Assembly (NCBI GenBank): GCA_035604275.1
Contig: DATNIU010000249.1
Location: forward strand, 2,587 to 66,586
Length of the DNA: 64,000 nt
Direction: 5' to 3'
Origin: Streptosporangiaceae bacterium
GTDB taxonomy: Bacteria > Actinomycetota > Actinomycetes > Streptosporangiales > Streptosporangiaceae
Both the position numbers and the translations under genes were made by a program. The notes under the pieces were generated by a model. That model searched no databases, was not told the DNA's origin, and saw only the letters and a list, made by a program, of their open reading frames with translations. This document shows, piece after piece, positions 15,919-25,276 of the stretch (positions are counted from its first letter, which is position 1; each line of letters begins with the position of its first letter).

Positions 15919-18861
15919 TCAGGCCGGGCCGCCCTCCTCGCGCAGCGCCCGCCACACCCGCTCGGGGGTGAACGGGATGGTGCTGATCGCGACCCCGGTG
16001 GCGTCCAGGATCGCGTTCCTGACCGCGGGAGCGACTCCCACGGTCGGAATCTCGCCGACCGCCTTCGCCCCGAACGGGCCGGACGGCTCCATCGTCTGAA
16101 TCAGGAATACCTCGGTGTCCGGAGCGTCATCGGCACGGTAGATCCAGTACGGACCGAGCCTGCCGTTCACCGGCCGGCCCTCGCCGTCGAGCACCAGCTC
16201 CTCGCAGAGCGCGTAGCCGAGCGCCATCAGCACGCCGCCTTCCACCTGGCCGCTCGCGGTCAGCGGATTGATCGGCACACCGCAGTCCACGGCGGTCACG
16301 ACCTTGACGACGGTGACCTGGCCGGTCTCGACATCCACCTCGACCTCAGCGACCTGGGCCGCGAACGGCGACGGCGACTCCCTGGCCAGGTACGACGCGG
16401 TGCCCATGATCTGCTCCTGGTCCTGCTCGTGCAGCACGTGCAGCGCCAGGTCGGCCAGCGGCACCGAGCGGCCGTCGGCCGCCCAGGCACAGCGGTCGCG
16501 CAGCTCGATCGGGGCCGATTCGTCAAGTGAAAGCATCCGCGCGGCCCGCTGCGCGATCCGCGCCCGCGCCGCCTCCGCCGCTTGCTTGGCGGCCATGCCG
16601 GTGATGTACGTGGTGCCCGACGCGTAAGCGCCCACGTCGAACGGCGTGAGATCGGTATCAGCGGCGTACACGATGATGTCGTCCACTCCGACGCCGAGCA
16701 CCTCGGCCGCGATCTGGGCGACCACGGTGTCGGCCCCGGTTCCCAGGTCCGTGCCGCCGATCATCAGGTTGAACGATCCGTCGTCGTTCATCTTGATGAA
16801 GGCCGCGCCCATGTCGACGAACGGGATGCCCGAGCCCATCACGCACAGCGCGAACCCGATTCCGCGCCGGATGCCCGGCCGGTCAGCCGGGCGCCTGAAC
16901 GACTCGTCACCGCGCCGGTGCCAGCCGATCGCGCGCAGCGCCTGCGCCGCGCATTCCTCGGTGCCGCAGCTGGTGATCCGCGGCAGGTCCTGCACCGCGA
17001 CGTCCTCGACCCCGCCGCGCTCGCCGAGCCGCGGCGCGATGTCGAAAGAATCGCCGAGCCCGACCCAGTTGCGCCGGCGCAGCTCGACCGGGTCGATCCG
17101 AAGCGCCCTGGCGATGTCATCGAGATGGGACTCGAGCGCGAAGACGCCCTGCGGCGCGCCGTAGCCGCGCATGGCCCCGGCCACCAGCCGGTTCGTGTAC
17201 ACGACGTCGCACTGGTAGCGCTTGGCCGGGCAGTTGTAGGAGGACAGGCCACGCAGCCCGGTCACGGACTGCACGGTGAAGCCGTGCACGCCGTAGGCGC
17301 CGGTGTTGGCGACCACCTTCATGTCCTGGGCCAGCAGCTTCCCGTCACGGCTGACCCCGGTGCGGAAGGTGATCGTCTGCCTGTGCCTGGTGCGCGAGGA
17401 GGCGAACTCCTCGTCACGGCTGAGCTCCAGGCGCACCGGGCGGCGGGTGGCCAGCACCAGAAGACCGACGATGTCCTCGATCAGCATCTCCTGCTTGCCG
17501 CCGAAACCGCCGCCGATCCGCGGCTTGATCACGCGGATCCGCCTGACCGGCAGGCCGACCAGCGGGGCGACCATGCGCCGGATGTGGAACGGCACCTGGG
17601 TGGAGGTGCGCAGAACCAGCCGGTCGTCGGGGTCCAGCCAGCCGATCGTGACATGCGGCTCGATCGCGCAGTGCTGTACCTGATGGGTATGGAAGGTCTG
17701 CTCGAAGACGTGATCGGCCCCGGCCAGCGCGGCCTCCATGTCGGTCACGGTCCGGCCCTCGATGTGCGAGCTGATGTTGCGGGCGGCGTCGTGGATGCCG
17801 ACCGAGTCCGGCTCGTCGTGGATGACCGGCGCCCCTGGCGCCAGCGCCTCGATCTCGTCGAGCACCGCGGGCAGGACCTGGTAGGTCACCTTGATCCGGC
17901 GGCAGGCCTCCTCGGCGAGCTCGACCGTCTCCGCTGCCACCGCGGCTACCCGGTCGCCGACGTGGCGGACCTTGTCGTCGAAGCTGACCTGGTCCCACGG
18001 ATACGGATTCGGCCAGCTCTGGCCGCCCGAGGCGTACTTCACCCGGGTGGTGTTCAGGTGGTGGAGCACCGCGTGCACCCCGGGCAGCGCCCGCGCCTCC
18101 GCATCGTCGATCGCGACGATCCGGGCGTGCGCGTGCGGGCTGCGCAGCACCTTGGCGTACAGCATCCCGCGCGGCCGCACATCGTCGGTGAAGGCCGGGT
18201 GGCCCTTCACCAGCCTGAGCGCGTCGACCTTGCGCTCCGGCTGGCCGACGACGGCGGTCGGCGTCACCTCCGGCGACGCCACGACGCGCGGCAGCGCGGA
18301 GGGCGCCGCATGATCTCCGGCGGCATCCGGCCCCGGTCCCGCCAGGCCCCGGCCGGCCAGCGGCTCGACCAGCACCGGCTGAACCGGGCCCGGCTTCTCG
18401 CCGCGCAGCAGCGCCGCGGCCCGCCGTACCGCCTCCACTACCTTCACGTAACCGGTCTCGCGATCGAGGATGCCGGACAGGGCATCGCGGATCTCCGCCT
18501 CGCCAGGGTCGGGATCGCGCTCAGCAAGCGCCTTGGCGGCCAGCACCATGGCGCCGGCCGAGTACCCGGACTGGAGCGCGCCGACCTCGACAAAGGCCTC
18601 CTGGATCGGGTGCAGCTCGCCGGTCGCCGCATCCAGCGACTCCACGGTCGTCACCTCGTGGCCGTCGGCCTGCGCAGCGAGCAGCACGTCGGCGCAGACC
18701 AGCCGGCCGTCCAGGAGCACGGCGGCCGCGCCGGTCTCGCCGGTGCCCGACCCGAACCGCACGCTGGCGAAGCCCTCGCGCCGGAGCAGCTCGAGCAGCG
18801 TGTCCCCGGGCTCGCAGCCGAGCTCGCGGACGCGGCCGTTGACGGTGATCCTGACGTCCAT
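15919..18861 (-). CDS. XdhD-like fusion: degenerate [2Fe-2S]-fold domain plus molybdopterin-binding hydroxylase domain
   Basis: The N-terminus aligns to the ferredoxin-like plus second [2Fe-2S] domains but lacks 7 of 8 Cys ligands (details under findings). The Moco part looks normal: IGGGFGGKQE, AGAMRGYGAPQ, GAKAVGEIPTVGVAPAVRNAILDATG. Confidence 0.9.
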   Translation of the reverse strand: MDVRITVNGRVRELGCEPGDTLLELLRREGFASVRFGSGTGETGAAAVLLDGRLVCADVLLAAQADGHEVTTVESLDAATGELHPIQEAFVEVGALQSGYSAGAMVLAAKALAERDPDPGEAEIRDALSGILDRETGYVKVVEAVRRAAALLRGEKPGPVQPVLVEPLAGRGLAGPGPDAAGDHAAPSALPRVVASPEVTPTAVVGQPERKVDALRLVKGHPAFTDDVRPRGMLYAKVLRSPHAHARIVAIDDAEARALPGVHAVLHHLNTTRVKYASGGQSWPNPYPWDQVSFDDKVRHVGDRVAAVAAETVELAEEACRRIKVTYQVLPAVLDEIEALAPGAPVIHDEPDSVGIHDAARNISSHIEGRTVTDMEAALAGADHVFEQTFHTHQVQHCAIEPHVTIGWLDPDDRLVLRTSTQVPFHIRRMVAPLVGLPVRRIRVIKPRIGGGFGGKQEMLIEDIVGLLVLATRRPVRLELSRDEEFASSRTRHRQTITFRTGVSRDGKLLAQDMKVVANTGAYGVHGFTVQSVTGLRGLSSYNCPAKRYQCDVVYTNRLVAGAMRGYGAPQGVFALESHLDDIARALRIDPVELRRRNWVGLGDSFDIAPRLGERGGVEDVAVQDLPRITSCGTEECAAQALRAIGWHRRGDESFRRPADRPGIRRGIGFALCVMGSGIPFVDMGAAFIKMNDDGSFNLMIGGTDLGTGADTVVAQIAAEVLGVGVDDIIVYAADTDLTPFDVGAYASGTTYITGMAAKQAAEAARARIAQRAARMLSLDESAPIELRDRCAWAADGRSVPLADLALHVLHEQDQEQIMGTASYLARESPSPFAAQVAEVEVDVETGQVTVVKVVTAVDCGVPINPLTASGQVEGGVLMALGYALCEELVLDGEGRPVNGRLGPYWIYRADDAPDTEVFLIQTMEPSGPFGAKAVGEIPTVGVAPAVRNAILDATGVAISTIPFTPERVWRALREEGGPA

Positions 18862-19601
18862 CAGCCGATCTCCCCGAGAACCCGCCTGGTGAGCACGGCC
18901 GCTATCGCGCGGCGGTACTCGCTCGACCCGCGGAAGTCGCCGGGCGGATCGAGATCGCCGGCCGCGTCCCGCTCCGCGGTCACGAGCACGGGAGCGGCCG
19001 CCACGCCGGTCAGGGCCAGCCGCCGCTGCCCGTCCGGCCTGCGCCGGGCGACCGCGGCGACGATCGGCCGGTCAGCCGGAGTGCGGGCCGTCCTGGCCGC
19101 GGCGGTGACGCCGCCGGTCTCGACGGCCACGGCCGTGATGATCCGGCCTGCCAGCGGCGAGCGGTCAGCGAGCAGCGCGGCGAGCGAGCGGTCATGCTCG
19201 CCGTCCCGGCCGGCCAGCCTGACCGTCCCGCCGTGTACCAGGAGCGCTGCCAGGAGCTCGCTGGACGGATCGGCGGTGGCCACGCAGCCGCCGACGGTTG
19301 CCATGGCCCGCAGGGTGCTCGGCTGCTCGCGGCGGGCCGCCTCCCGGATGGCGGCCGGGACCCGGGCGTCGTCGGCCAGCCGCTGGAGAGTCACGGTGGC
19401 GCCGATCAGGAGCCCGTCCGCGCCGTCGCGCTCGACGGCGCCGGTCGGCAGCGCCTGGAGGTCCACCACCACGACGGGCCCGGCCGGCCGGGCCGCGTTC
19501 ACCTTCGTCCCCCCGCCGATCACGACGGCCCCGGGACGGTCAAGGCACGCGAGCGCCTCGCTCAGCGTGGCTGGACGCAGGTACTCCGACACTCTGCTCA
19601 T
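18861..19601 (-). CDS. FAD-binding subunit of a molybdenum hydroxylase (short, YgfM/CoxM-like)
   Basis: YLRPATLSEALACLDRPGAVVIGGGTKV...LIGATVTLQRL...LRAMATVGGCVATADPSSELLAALLVHG...FRGSSEYRRAIAAVLTRR. Abuts the XdhD-like gene. Confidence 0.8.
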   Translation of the reverse strand: MSRVSEYLRPATLSEALACLDRPGAVVIGGGTKVNAARPAGPVVVVDLQALPTGAVERDGADGLLIGATVTLQRLADDARVPAAIREAARREQPSTLRAMATVGGCVATADPSSELLAALLVHGGTVRLAGRDGEHDRSLAALLADRSPLAGRIITAVAVETGGVTAAARTARTPADRPIVAAVARRRPDGQRRLALTGVAAAPVLVTAERDAAGDLDPPGDFRGSSEYRRAIAAVLTRRVLGEIG

Positions 19602-19737
19602 CGTGCCTCAACAGTAGCGACAGCTCCGGCGCCAGGCACCGCCCGGCACCCGACCGCGCTTCCCGGCGACCGCGCGTTCGGCTGCCCCGGCCTGGCTACG
19701 GGCTCAGTTCCCGGACAGAGGGGACTTTCGGCCCCTG

Positions 19738-21288
19738 ATGACCGCTGCGGCACAGCCGTACCATCGGGCCATGACAGGTGTCCCCGCCGCCGCCCGCACC
19801 GGGCTTGATCAGCGCATCGCCGACCCGGGAGTCTACGACCGGGCCGTCGGCAGGTTCCGCGAGGCGCGGATCGTGCTCCCGACCTTCGCCGAGCTGGCCG
19901 ACCCGGGCCGCATCCCGGAGCGGGTCAGGCGCGCCCTGGCCGCCGTCGGGCCGGACGAGGCGCATCCGCTGAACCTGTTCCGGGTGCACTGGCACAACGG
20001 TCGCGACCGCGCCAGTCAGGTGGCCGTTCCGGTCTACGCCGAGCTGCCTGGCGAGCTGACCGGGGTGGACGCCAGGATCGTGGTCCTGATCGGCGAGACG
20101 TTCCCGATGATCAGCGCGCACAAGGTGCTCGCCGCCTACGGCTGCCTGGCCCCGCGCGTGATCACCGGCCGGTTCGATCCCACGGCGAACCGGGCGATCT
20201 GGCCGTCCACCGGCAATTACTGCCGGGGCGGCGTGGCCATTTCCAGGCTCATGCACTGCCGGGGGGTCGCCGTGCTGCCCGAGGGAATGAGCCGCGAGCG
20301 GTTCGAGTGGCTCGAGGACTGGGTGACCGACCCGGGCGACATCATCAGGACGCCGGGCACGGAAAGCAACGTCAAGGAGATCTACGACAAGTGCGCCGAG
20401 CTGTCGCTGGACCCGGCCAACGTCGTGCTCAACCAGTTCGCCGAGTTCGGCAACCACCTCATCCACTACGCCTGCACCGGCCCGGCGCTGGCCCGGGTCT
20501 TCGACTCGATCCGCGGCGCCGACCCGGCGCTCCGGCTGCGCGCGTTCGTCTCCGCCTCGGGCTCGGCGGGCACGCTCGGCGCCGGTGACCACCTCAAGGA
20601 CGCCTGCGGCGCCGCGATCGTGGCCGTCGAGGCGCTGGAGTGCCCGACCATGCTCTACAACGGGTTCGGCGAGCACAACATCCAGGGGATCGGCGACAAG
20701 CACATCCCGCTGATCCACAACGTCATGAACACCGACATCGTGACCGCGGTCTCCGATCGGGCAACCGACCAGCTCGGCGTGCTGTTCAGCGCCCCGGCCG
20801 GCCTGGGTTACCTGCGGGGCAGGCGCCGCGTTCCCGAGCCGGCCCTGGCCGCGCTCTCCTCGTTCGGGCTGTCGAGCATCTGCAACATCCTGGCCGCGGT
20901 CAAGACCGCCAGGTACCTGCGGCTCGGCGCGCAGGACGTCGTCATGACGGTCGCCACCGACGGGGCGGCCATGTACGGCAGCGAGCGCGAGCAGGTCCTG
21001 GCCAGGGACTACCCGAAGGGCTTCGACGAGACGGATGCCGCGGAGGCGTTCGGCCGCTGGATGCTCGGGGCCGGCACCGACGACCTGCTCCAGGCGAGCA
21101 CGCGGGACCGGGAGCGCATCTTCGACCTCGGCTACTACACGTGGGTGGAGCAGCAGGGCGTGAGCGTGGCCGATTTCACGGCCCGGAGATCGCAGGCCTA
21201 CTGGGCGGAGCTGCGCACCAGGCTGGCCAGCTGGGACGCCCTGATCGGGGAGTTCAATGCCCGCACCGGGGTAATCGAGGACCTGTGA
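19738..21288 (+). CDS. Fold-type II PLP-dependent enzyme (cysteine synthase/Trp-synthase-beta superfamily) with a long C-terminal extension
   Basis: FPMISAHKVLAAYGCL (candidate PLP lysine), NYCRGGVAISR, SASGSAGTLGAGDHLK; 516 aa. Confidence 0.75.
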   Translation: MTAAAQPYHRAMTGVPAAARTGLDQRIADPGVYDRAVGRFREARIVLPTFAELADPGRIPERVRRALAAVGPDEAHPLNLFRVHWHNGRDRASQVAVPVYAELPGELTGVDARIVVLIGETFPMISAHKVLAAYGCLAPRVITGRFDPTANRAIWPSTGNYCRGGVAISRLMHCRGVAVLPEGMSRERFEWLEDWVTDPGDIIRTPGTESNVKEIYDKCAELSLDPANVVLNQFAEFGNHLIHYACTGPALARVFDSIRGADPALRLRAFVSASGSAGTLGAGDHLKDACGAAIVAVEALECPTMLYNGFGEHNIQGIGDKHIPLIHNVMNTDIVTAVSDRATDQLGVLFSAPAGLGYLRGRRRVPEPALAALSSFGLSSICNILAAVKTARYLRLGAQDVVMTVATDGAAMYGSEREQVLARDYPKGFDETDAAEAFGRWMLGAGTDDLLQASTRDRERIFDLGYYTWVEQQGVSVADFTARRSQAYWAELRTRLASWDALIGEFNARTGVIEDL

Positions 21289-22673
21289 AAGCCGCGCTCT
21301 CCTCCATTCGGTGCGCTGGCTGCGGCTGGGTGCCGCCAGCCAGGCAGGCGTACCCCTTCCGGTGCGCTCGCGCGGACCACGATGACGTCGATCACGTCCT
21401 GGTCCGGATCCTCGACACCGCCGCCGCGCGCTTCCCCGGCGGCCTCGAGCCCGACCCGTTCGTCAGGTACCGGTCGCTCATGCACGCGTACCACATGGCG
21501 ATGGACGCGGGGCTGGGCGACGACGAGTACCAGCAGCTGATCGGGGCGCTCGAGCGGTCGGTGGCGGCCGTGGACGGGCGAGGGTTCGGGGTCACGCCGC
21601 TGAGCCGGAGCGCCGTGCTGAGTGACCGGCTCGGCTTCTCGCCGGCCGGCGGGGTCTGGGTCAAGGACGAGACGGCGAACGTGTCGGGCTCGCACAAGGG
21701 CCGTCACCTGATGGGCCTGCTGATCCACCTCGAGGTCGCCGAGCGGATCGGGCTGATCTCCGCCGGCGACCGTTCCGACCTGGCGATCGCGAGCTGCGGG
21801 AACGCCGCGCTCGCCGCGGCGGTCCTCGCCAGGGCGGGCGGCCGCAGGCTCCGGGTGTTCGTCCCGGTCGACGCGGAAGCGGGCGTCGTGGCCAGGCTGC
21901 GCCAGCTCGGCAGCGACGTGGTGCCCTGCCCGCGCGAGCCCGGCGCGGCCGGCGATCCCGCCTATCTGCGGCTCCGCGAGGAACTCGCGGCCGGGGCGGT
22001 GCCCTTCACCTGCCAGGGCAGCGAGAACGGCCTGGCGATCGAGGGCGGCCAGACCATCGCCTACGAGATCGCGTCGCAGCTGGCGGGCACCGGCCTGGAC
22101 CACATCGTGGTCCAGGTCGGCGGCGGCGCCCTCGCGAGCGCGTGCGCCGCCGGGCTGCGCGAGGCGGCTGAGCTCGGCGCGATCCCGGGCGAGCCCCGGC
22201 TGCACACCGTGCAGACCACCGGCGCGCACCCGCTCGAGCGCGCCTGCCGGCGAGTCAGGGCGCTCCTGCCGGCCGGCGGCGCCGGGCCGGTGCGCCGGGC
22301 CGACGCGGAGCGCGCGCTGGCGTCGGCCGCCAGGCACCGCTCGGCCTATATGTGGCCGTGGGAAAGCGAGCCGAAGAGCATCGCGACCGGGATTCTCGAT
22401 GACGAGACCTACGACTGGCGGGCCGTGGTCGGCGGCATGCTGACGACCGGCGGCCAGCCGCTGGTCGTCTCGGAGGACCGGCTGGCCGAGGCGAACGGGC
22501 TGGCCGCGATGACCGGCATCCCGGCGGACCCGACCGGATCGGCCGGCCTCGCCGGGCTGCTCGATCTGCGCGAGGCCGGGGTGGTCGCCGCGGACGAGCG
22601 CGCCGCCGTGCTGTTCACCGGCGTGCGCCGCGGCTCGGACACGGCCCCGCCGGGACCGGCGGACCGGGGGTGA
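21285..22673 (+). CDS. Threonine-synthase-like fold-type II PLP-dependent enzyme
   Basis: Cys-rich N-terminus IRCAGCGW...FRCAR, VKDETANVSGSHKGRHL, ASCGNAALAAA, VQVGGGALAS. GTG 21285 overlaps the preceding TGA; the track ORF start at 20640 is an artefactual extension. Confidence 0.75.
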   Translation: MKAALSSIRCAGCGWVPPARQAYPFRCARADHDDVDHVLVRILDTAAARFPGGLEPDPFVRYRSLMHAYHMAMDAGLGDDEYQQLIGALERSVAAVDGRGFGVTPLSRSAVLSDRLGFSPAGGVWVKDETANVSGSHKGRHLMGLLIHLEVAERIGLISAGDRSDLAIASCGNAALAAAVLARAGGRRLRVFVPVDAEAGVVARLRQLGSDVVPCPREPGAAGDPAYLRLREELAAGAVPFTCQGSENGLAIEGGQTIAYEIASQLAGTGLDHIVVQVGGGALASACAAGLREAAELGAIPGEPRLHTVQTTGAHPLERACRRVRALLPAGGAGPVRRADAERALASAARHRSAYMWPWESEPKSIATGILDDETYDWRAVVGGMLTTGGQPLVVSEDRLAEANGLAAMTGIPADPTGSAGLAGLLDLREAGVVAADERAAVLFTGVRRGSDTAPPGPADRG

Positions 22674-25276
22674 CGGCCATGGACTTCACGCTCAACGGCG
22701 CCGAGGTGTCGGCCGACGTCCGGGACGGGCAGCACCTGCTCGATGTGCTCAGGGAGGACTGCGGCATCACGTCCGTCAAGGACGGCTGCGCGCCCGAGGG
22801 CTCCTGCGGTGCCTGCACCGTGATCGTCGACGGCAAGGCCGTGGTCTCCTGCGCGCAGCCGGCCTCGCGCTTCGCCGGCCGGTCGGTCACCACCCAGGAA
22901 GGGCTCTGTGAGGCGGACCGGGAGCGCTGGGCCGACTGCTTCGTGGCCGCAGGCGCCTCCCAGTGCGGCTTCTGCTCGCCCGGCATCGTGATGAAGGCCG
23001 AGGCGCTGCTGGCCAAGACGCCCGAGCCGACCAGGGAGCAGGTAGCGGCTGGCCTGGCGGGCAACCTGTGCCGCTGCACCGGGTACGTCAAGATCATCGA
23101 CGCGATCATGCTGGCGGCCGGCGCCCGCCGGGGCGAGCCGCTGCCGCCGATCGACAACAGCGGCCGGGTGGGCTCGCCGACCGCCCGGTACCAGGGCCGG
23201 GAGCTCGCGCTCGGCGACAAGCCCTACATCAACGACATGACGATGCCGGGCATGCTGCACGGCGCGATCCGGTTCGCCGACCACCCGCGTGCCGTGGTGC
23301 TCGGCATCGACATCAGCCGCGCCGCCGCCCACCCGGGCGTGCTCGCCGTGCTCACCGCGGCCGACGTGCCCGGTGAGCGGGTGCAGGGAGAGATCACCAG
23401 GGACTGGCCGCAGCTCGTGGCGGTCGGCGAGACCACCAGGTACGTCGGTGACGTGATCGCGCTGGTAGCCGCCAGCGACCGGACCGCTGCGCGCGAGGCG
23501 GCGGCGCTCGTCGACGTCAGCTATGACGTCCTCGAGCCGGTCACCAGCCCGGCGCAGGCCATGTCCGGCGGCGCGCCCCGGCTGCACTCCCATGCGCCGG
23601 GAAACGTGCTCTCGGTCTCCCAGGTCAGGCGCGGCGACGTCGATGCCGCGCTCGCCGGTGCCGAGCACGTGCTGACCGAGACCTTCCAGACCCAGTTCAT
23701 CGAGCACGCCTTCCTTGAGCCTGAGTCATCGCTGGCGTATCCGATGGCCGGCGGCGGTGTCCATTTCTACTCCCAGGGCCAGGGCATCTGGAGCGACCGG
23801 CGCCAGGTCGCCAGCCTGCTCGGCCTGCCCGAGCACCAGGTGCTCGCCACCCTGGTCTCCAGCGGCGGGGCGTTCGGGGCCAAGGAGGACCTGGGCGTCC
23901 AGGGACACGCGGCGCTGCTTGCGATGCGCACTCACCGGCCGGTCAGGCTGACGCTGAGCCGGGCCGAGAGCATCCGCTTCCACGTCAAGCGGCATCCGCT
24001 CACCCTGACCTACACGGTGGGCTGCGATGCCGACGGCATGCTCCTCGGCGTGCGGGCACGGATCACCGGCGACACCGGCGCGTACGCCAGCGTCGGCGAC
24101 AAGGTCCTCGAGCGGGCCGCCGGGCACGCGTGCGGCGTCTACAAGTTCCCGGCCGTCGACATCGAGGCGCGCGCCGTCTACACGAACAACCCGCCCTGCG
24201 GCGCGATGCGGGGATTCGGCGCGAATCAGTCGAACTTCGCGATCGAGGGCATGCTCGACCGGCTGGCCGAGCGGACCGGGCTCGACGGCTGGGAGATCCG
24301 CTGGCGCAACGCGGTGGAGACCGGCGACGTATTCGGCACCGGCCAGCGCCTCGGTCCCGGCGTCGGCATCAAGCAGACGCTGCTCGCCGTCAGGGACGCC
24401 TACCGGTCCGCGCGGTACGCCGGCATCGGCTGCGCGGTGAAGAACACCGGCGTCGGCAACGGCCTGGCCGAGTACGGCAGGGTGATCCTGCGGCCCGAGG
24501 GCGACGGCACGGTGACCCTGTTCCACTCGTGGACCGAGATGGGCCAGGGCGTGCACACGGTGCTCATGCAGATCGCCTGCTCCGAGCTTGGCCTGACCCC
24601 GGACCAGGTGCGGGTGGTCGTCGAGACCAGCCGCGAGCTCGGCTGCGGCCAGACCACGGCATCACGCGCAACGGTGCTCGGCGGGCGTGCGGTCATCGAC
24701 GCGGCCGGCCGGCTGAAAGCCAGGATTAACGGGCGGCGCCTGGCTGATCTGGCGGGCCAGGAGTTCTATGGCGAGGTGCTGGTCGACTGGACCACCAGGC
24801 CCGGAACCGCCGCGGAGAACCCGGTCACTCACTTCGCGTACGGCTGGGCAACCCAGGTGGTCGTGCTCGACGACGAGGGCCGGATCGCGAAGGTCGTCGC
24901 CGCGCACGACGTCGGCAAGGTGATCAACCCCGTCCTGCTGGCCGGCCAGGTCGAGGGCGCCGTGCACATGGGGCTGGGTCACAGCCTGTCCGAGGAGTTC
25001 GTCGTGGAGAACGGGATCCCGGTCACCACGACGCTGAAGTCGCTGAACATCATCCCGCCGGCCGGAATGCCGCCGGTCGAGTGCGTCTTCGTCGAGGAGC
25101 ATCAGCCGGAGGGCCCCTACGGCGCGAAAGGGATCGGCGAGATCGGCCTGGTCCCGACCGCCAGCGCGGTGGCCGGCGCCCTGCGCGCCTTCGACGGCCG
25201 CTACCGGACCACGCTCCCGATGAAGGACTCCGCGGCGGCGGCAGCGGCGGTGCCCAGGCTGGCGCGCCGCCGATGA
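22670..25276 (+). CDS. [2Fe-2S] + molybdopterin-binding hydroxylase fusion (Desulfovibrio MOP/aldehyde-oxidoreductase-like architecture, no FAD domain)
   Basis: All eight Fe-S Cys are present: DGCAPEGSCGACTV...SC, QCGFCSPG, NLCRCTGY. Moco motifs: GGAFGAKED, PPCGAMRGFGANQ, GAKGIGEIGLVPTASAVAGAL. The start is GTG 22670 (GTGA overlap) or ATG 22679. Confidence 0.9.
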   Translation: MTAMDFTLNGAEVSADVRDGQHLLDVLREDCGITSVKDGCAPEGSCGACTVIVDGKAVVSCAQPASRFAGRSVTTQEGLCEADRERWADCFVAAGASQCGFCSPGIVMKAEALLAKTPEPTREQVAAGLAGNLCRCTGYVKIIDAIMLAAGARRGEPLPPIDNSGRVGSPTARYQGRELALGDKPYINDMTMPGMLHGAIRFADHPRAVVLGIDISRAAAHPGVLAVLTAADVPGERVQGEITRDWPQLVAVGETTRYVGDVIALVAASDRTAAREAAALVDVSYDVLEPVTSPAQAMSGGAPRLHSHAPGNVLSVSQVRRGDVDAALAGAEHVLTETFQTQFIEHAFLEPESSLAYPMAGGGVHFYSQGQGIWSDRRQVASLLGLPEHQVLATLVSSGGAFGAKEDLGVQGHAALLAMRTHRPVRLTLSRAESIRFHVKRHPLTLTYTVGCDADGMLLGVRARITGDTGAYASVGDKVLERAAGHACGVYKFPAVDIEARAVYTNNPPCGAMRGFGANQSNFAIEGMLDRLAERTGLDGWEIRWRNAVETGDVFGTGQRLGPGVGIKQTLLAVRDAYRSARYAGIGCAVKNTGVGNGLAEYGRVILRPEGDGTVTLFHSWTEMGQGVHTVLMQIACSELGLTPDQVRVVVETSRELGCGQTTASRATVLGGRAVIDAAGRLKARINGRRLADLAGQEFYGEVLVDWTTRPGTAAENPVTHFAYGWATQVVVLDDEGRIAKVVAAHDVGKVINPVLLAGQVEGAVHMGLGHSLSEEFVVENGIPVTTTLKSLNIIPPAGMPPVECVFVEEHQPEGPYGAKGIGEIGLVPTASAVAGALRAFDGRYRTTLPMKDSAAAAAAVPRLARRR

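Noticed and set aside
16582-19617. 1011-aa plus-strand ORF, the longest in the track.
   Set aside because: It is antisense to the well-supported XdhD-like and FAD-subunit genes. Its composition is dominated by Arg/Ala/Gly/Pro/Asp with no recognisable motifs, which is the classic shadow ORF of GC-rich DNA.
20640-21284. N-terminal extensions implied by the track's ORF starts (20640 for the second PLP enzyme; also 25081, 5080, 32544, 37393, 40913, 53425 and 61907).
   Set aside because: The extensions are Arg/Pro/Gly-rich, overlap the preceding genes and lack homology-like sequence. Internal starts with RBS-like sequences or 4-nt stop/start overlaps give canonical N-termini.
15919-25276. Calling the Mo enzymes selenium-dependent molybdenum hydroxylases, as proposed for the enteric homologues.
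   Set aside because: No selD-, yqeB- or yqeC-type maturation genes are visible in this window, so selenium dependence cannot be supported from this sequence.
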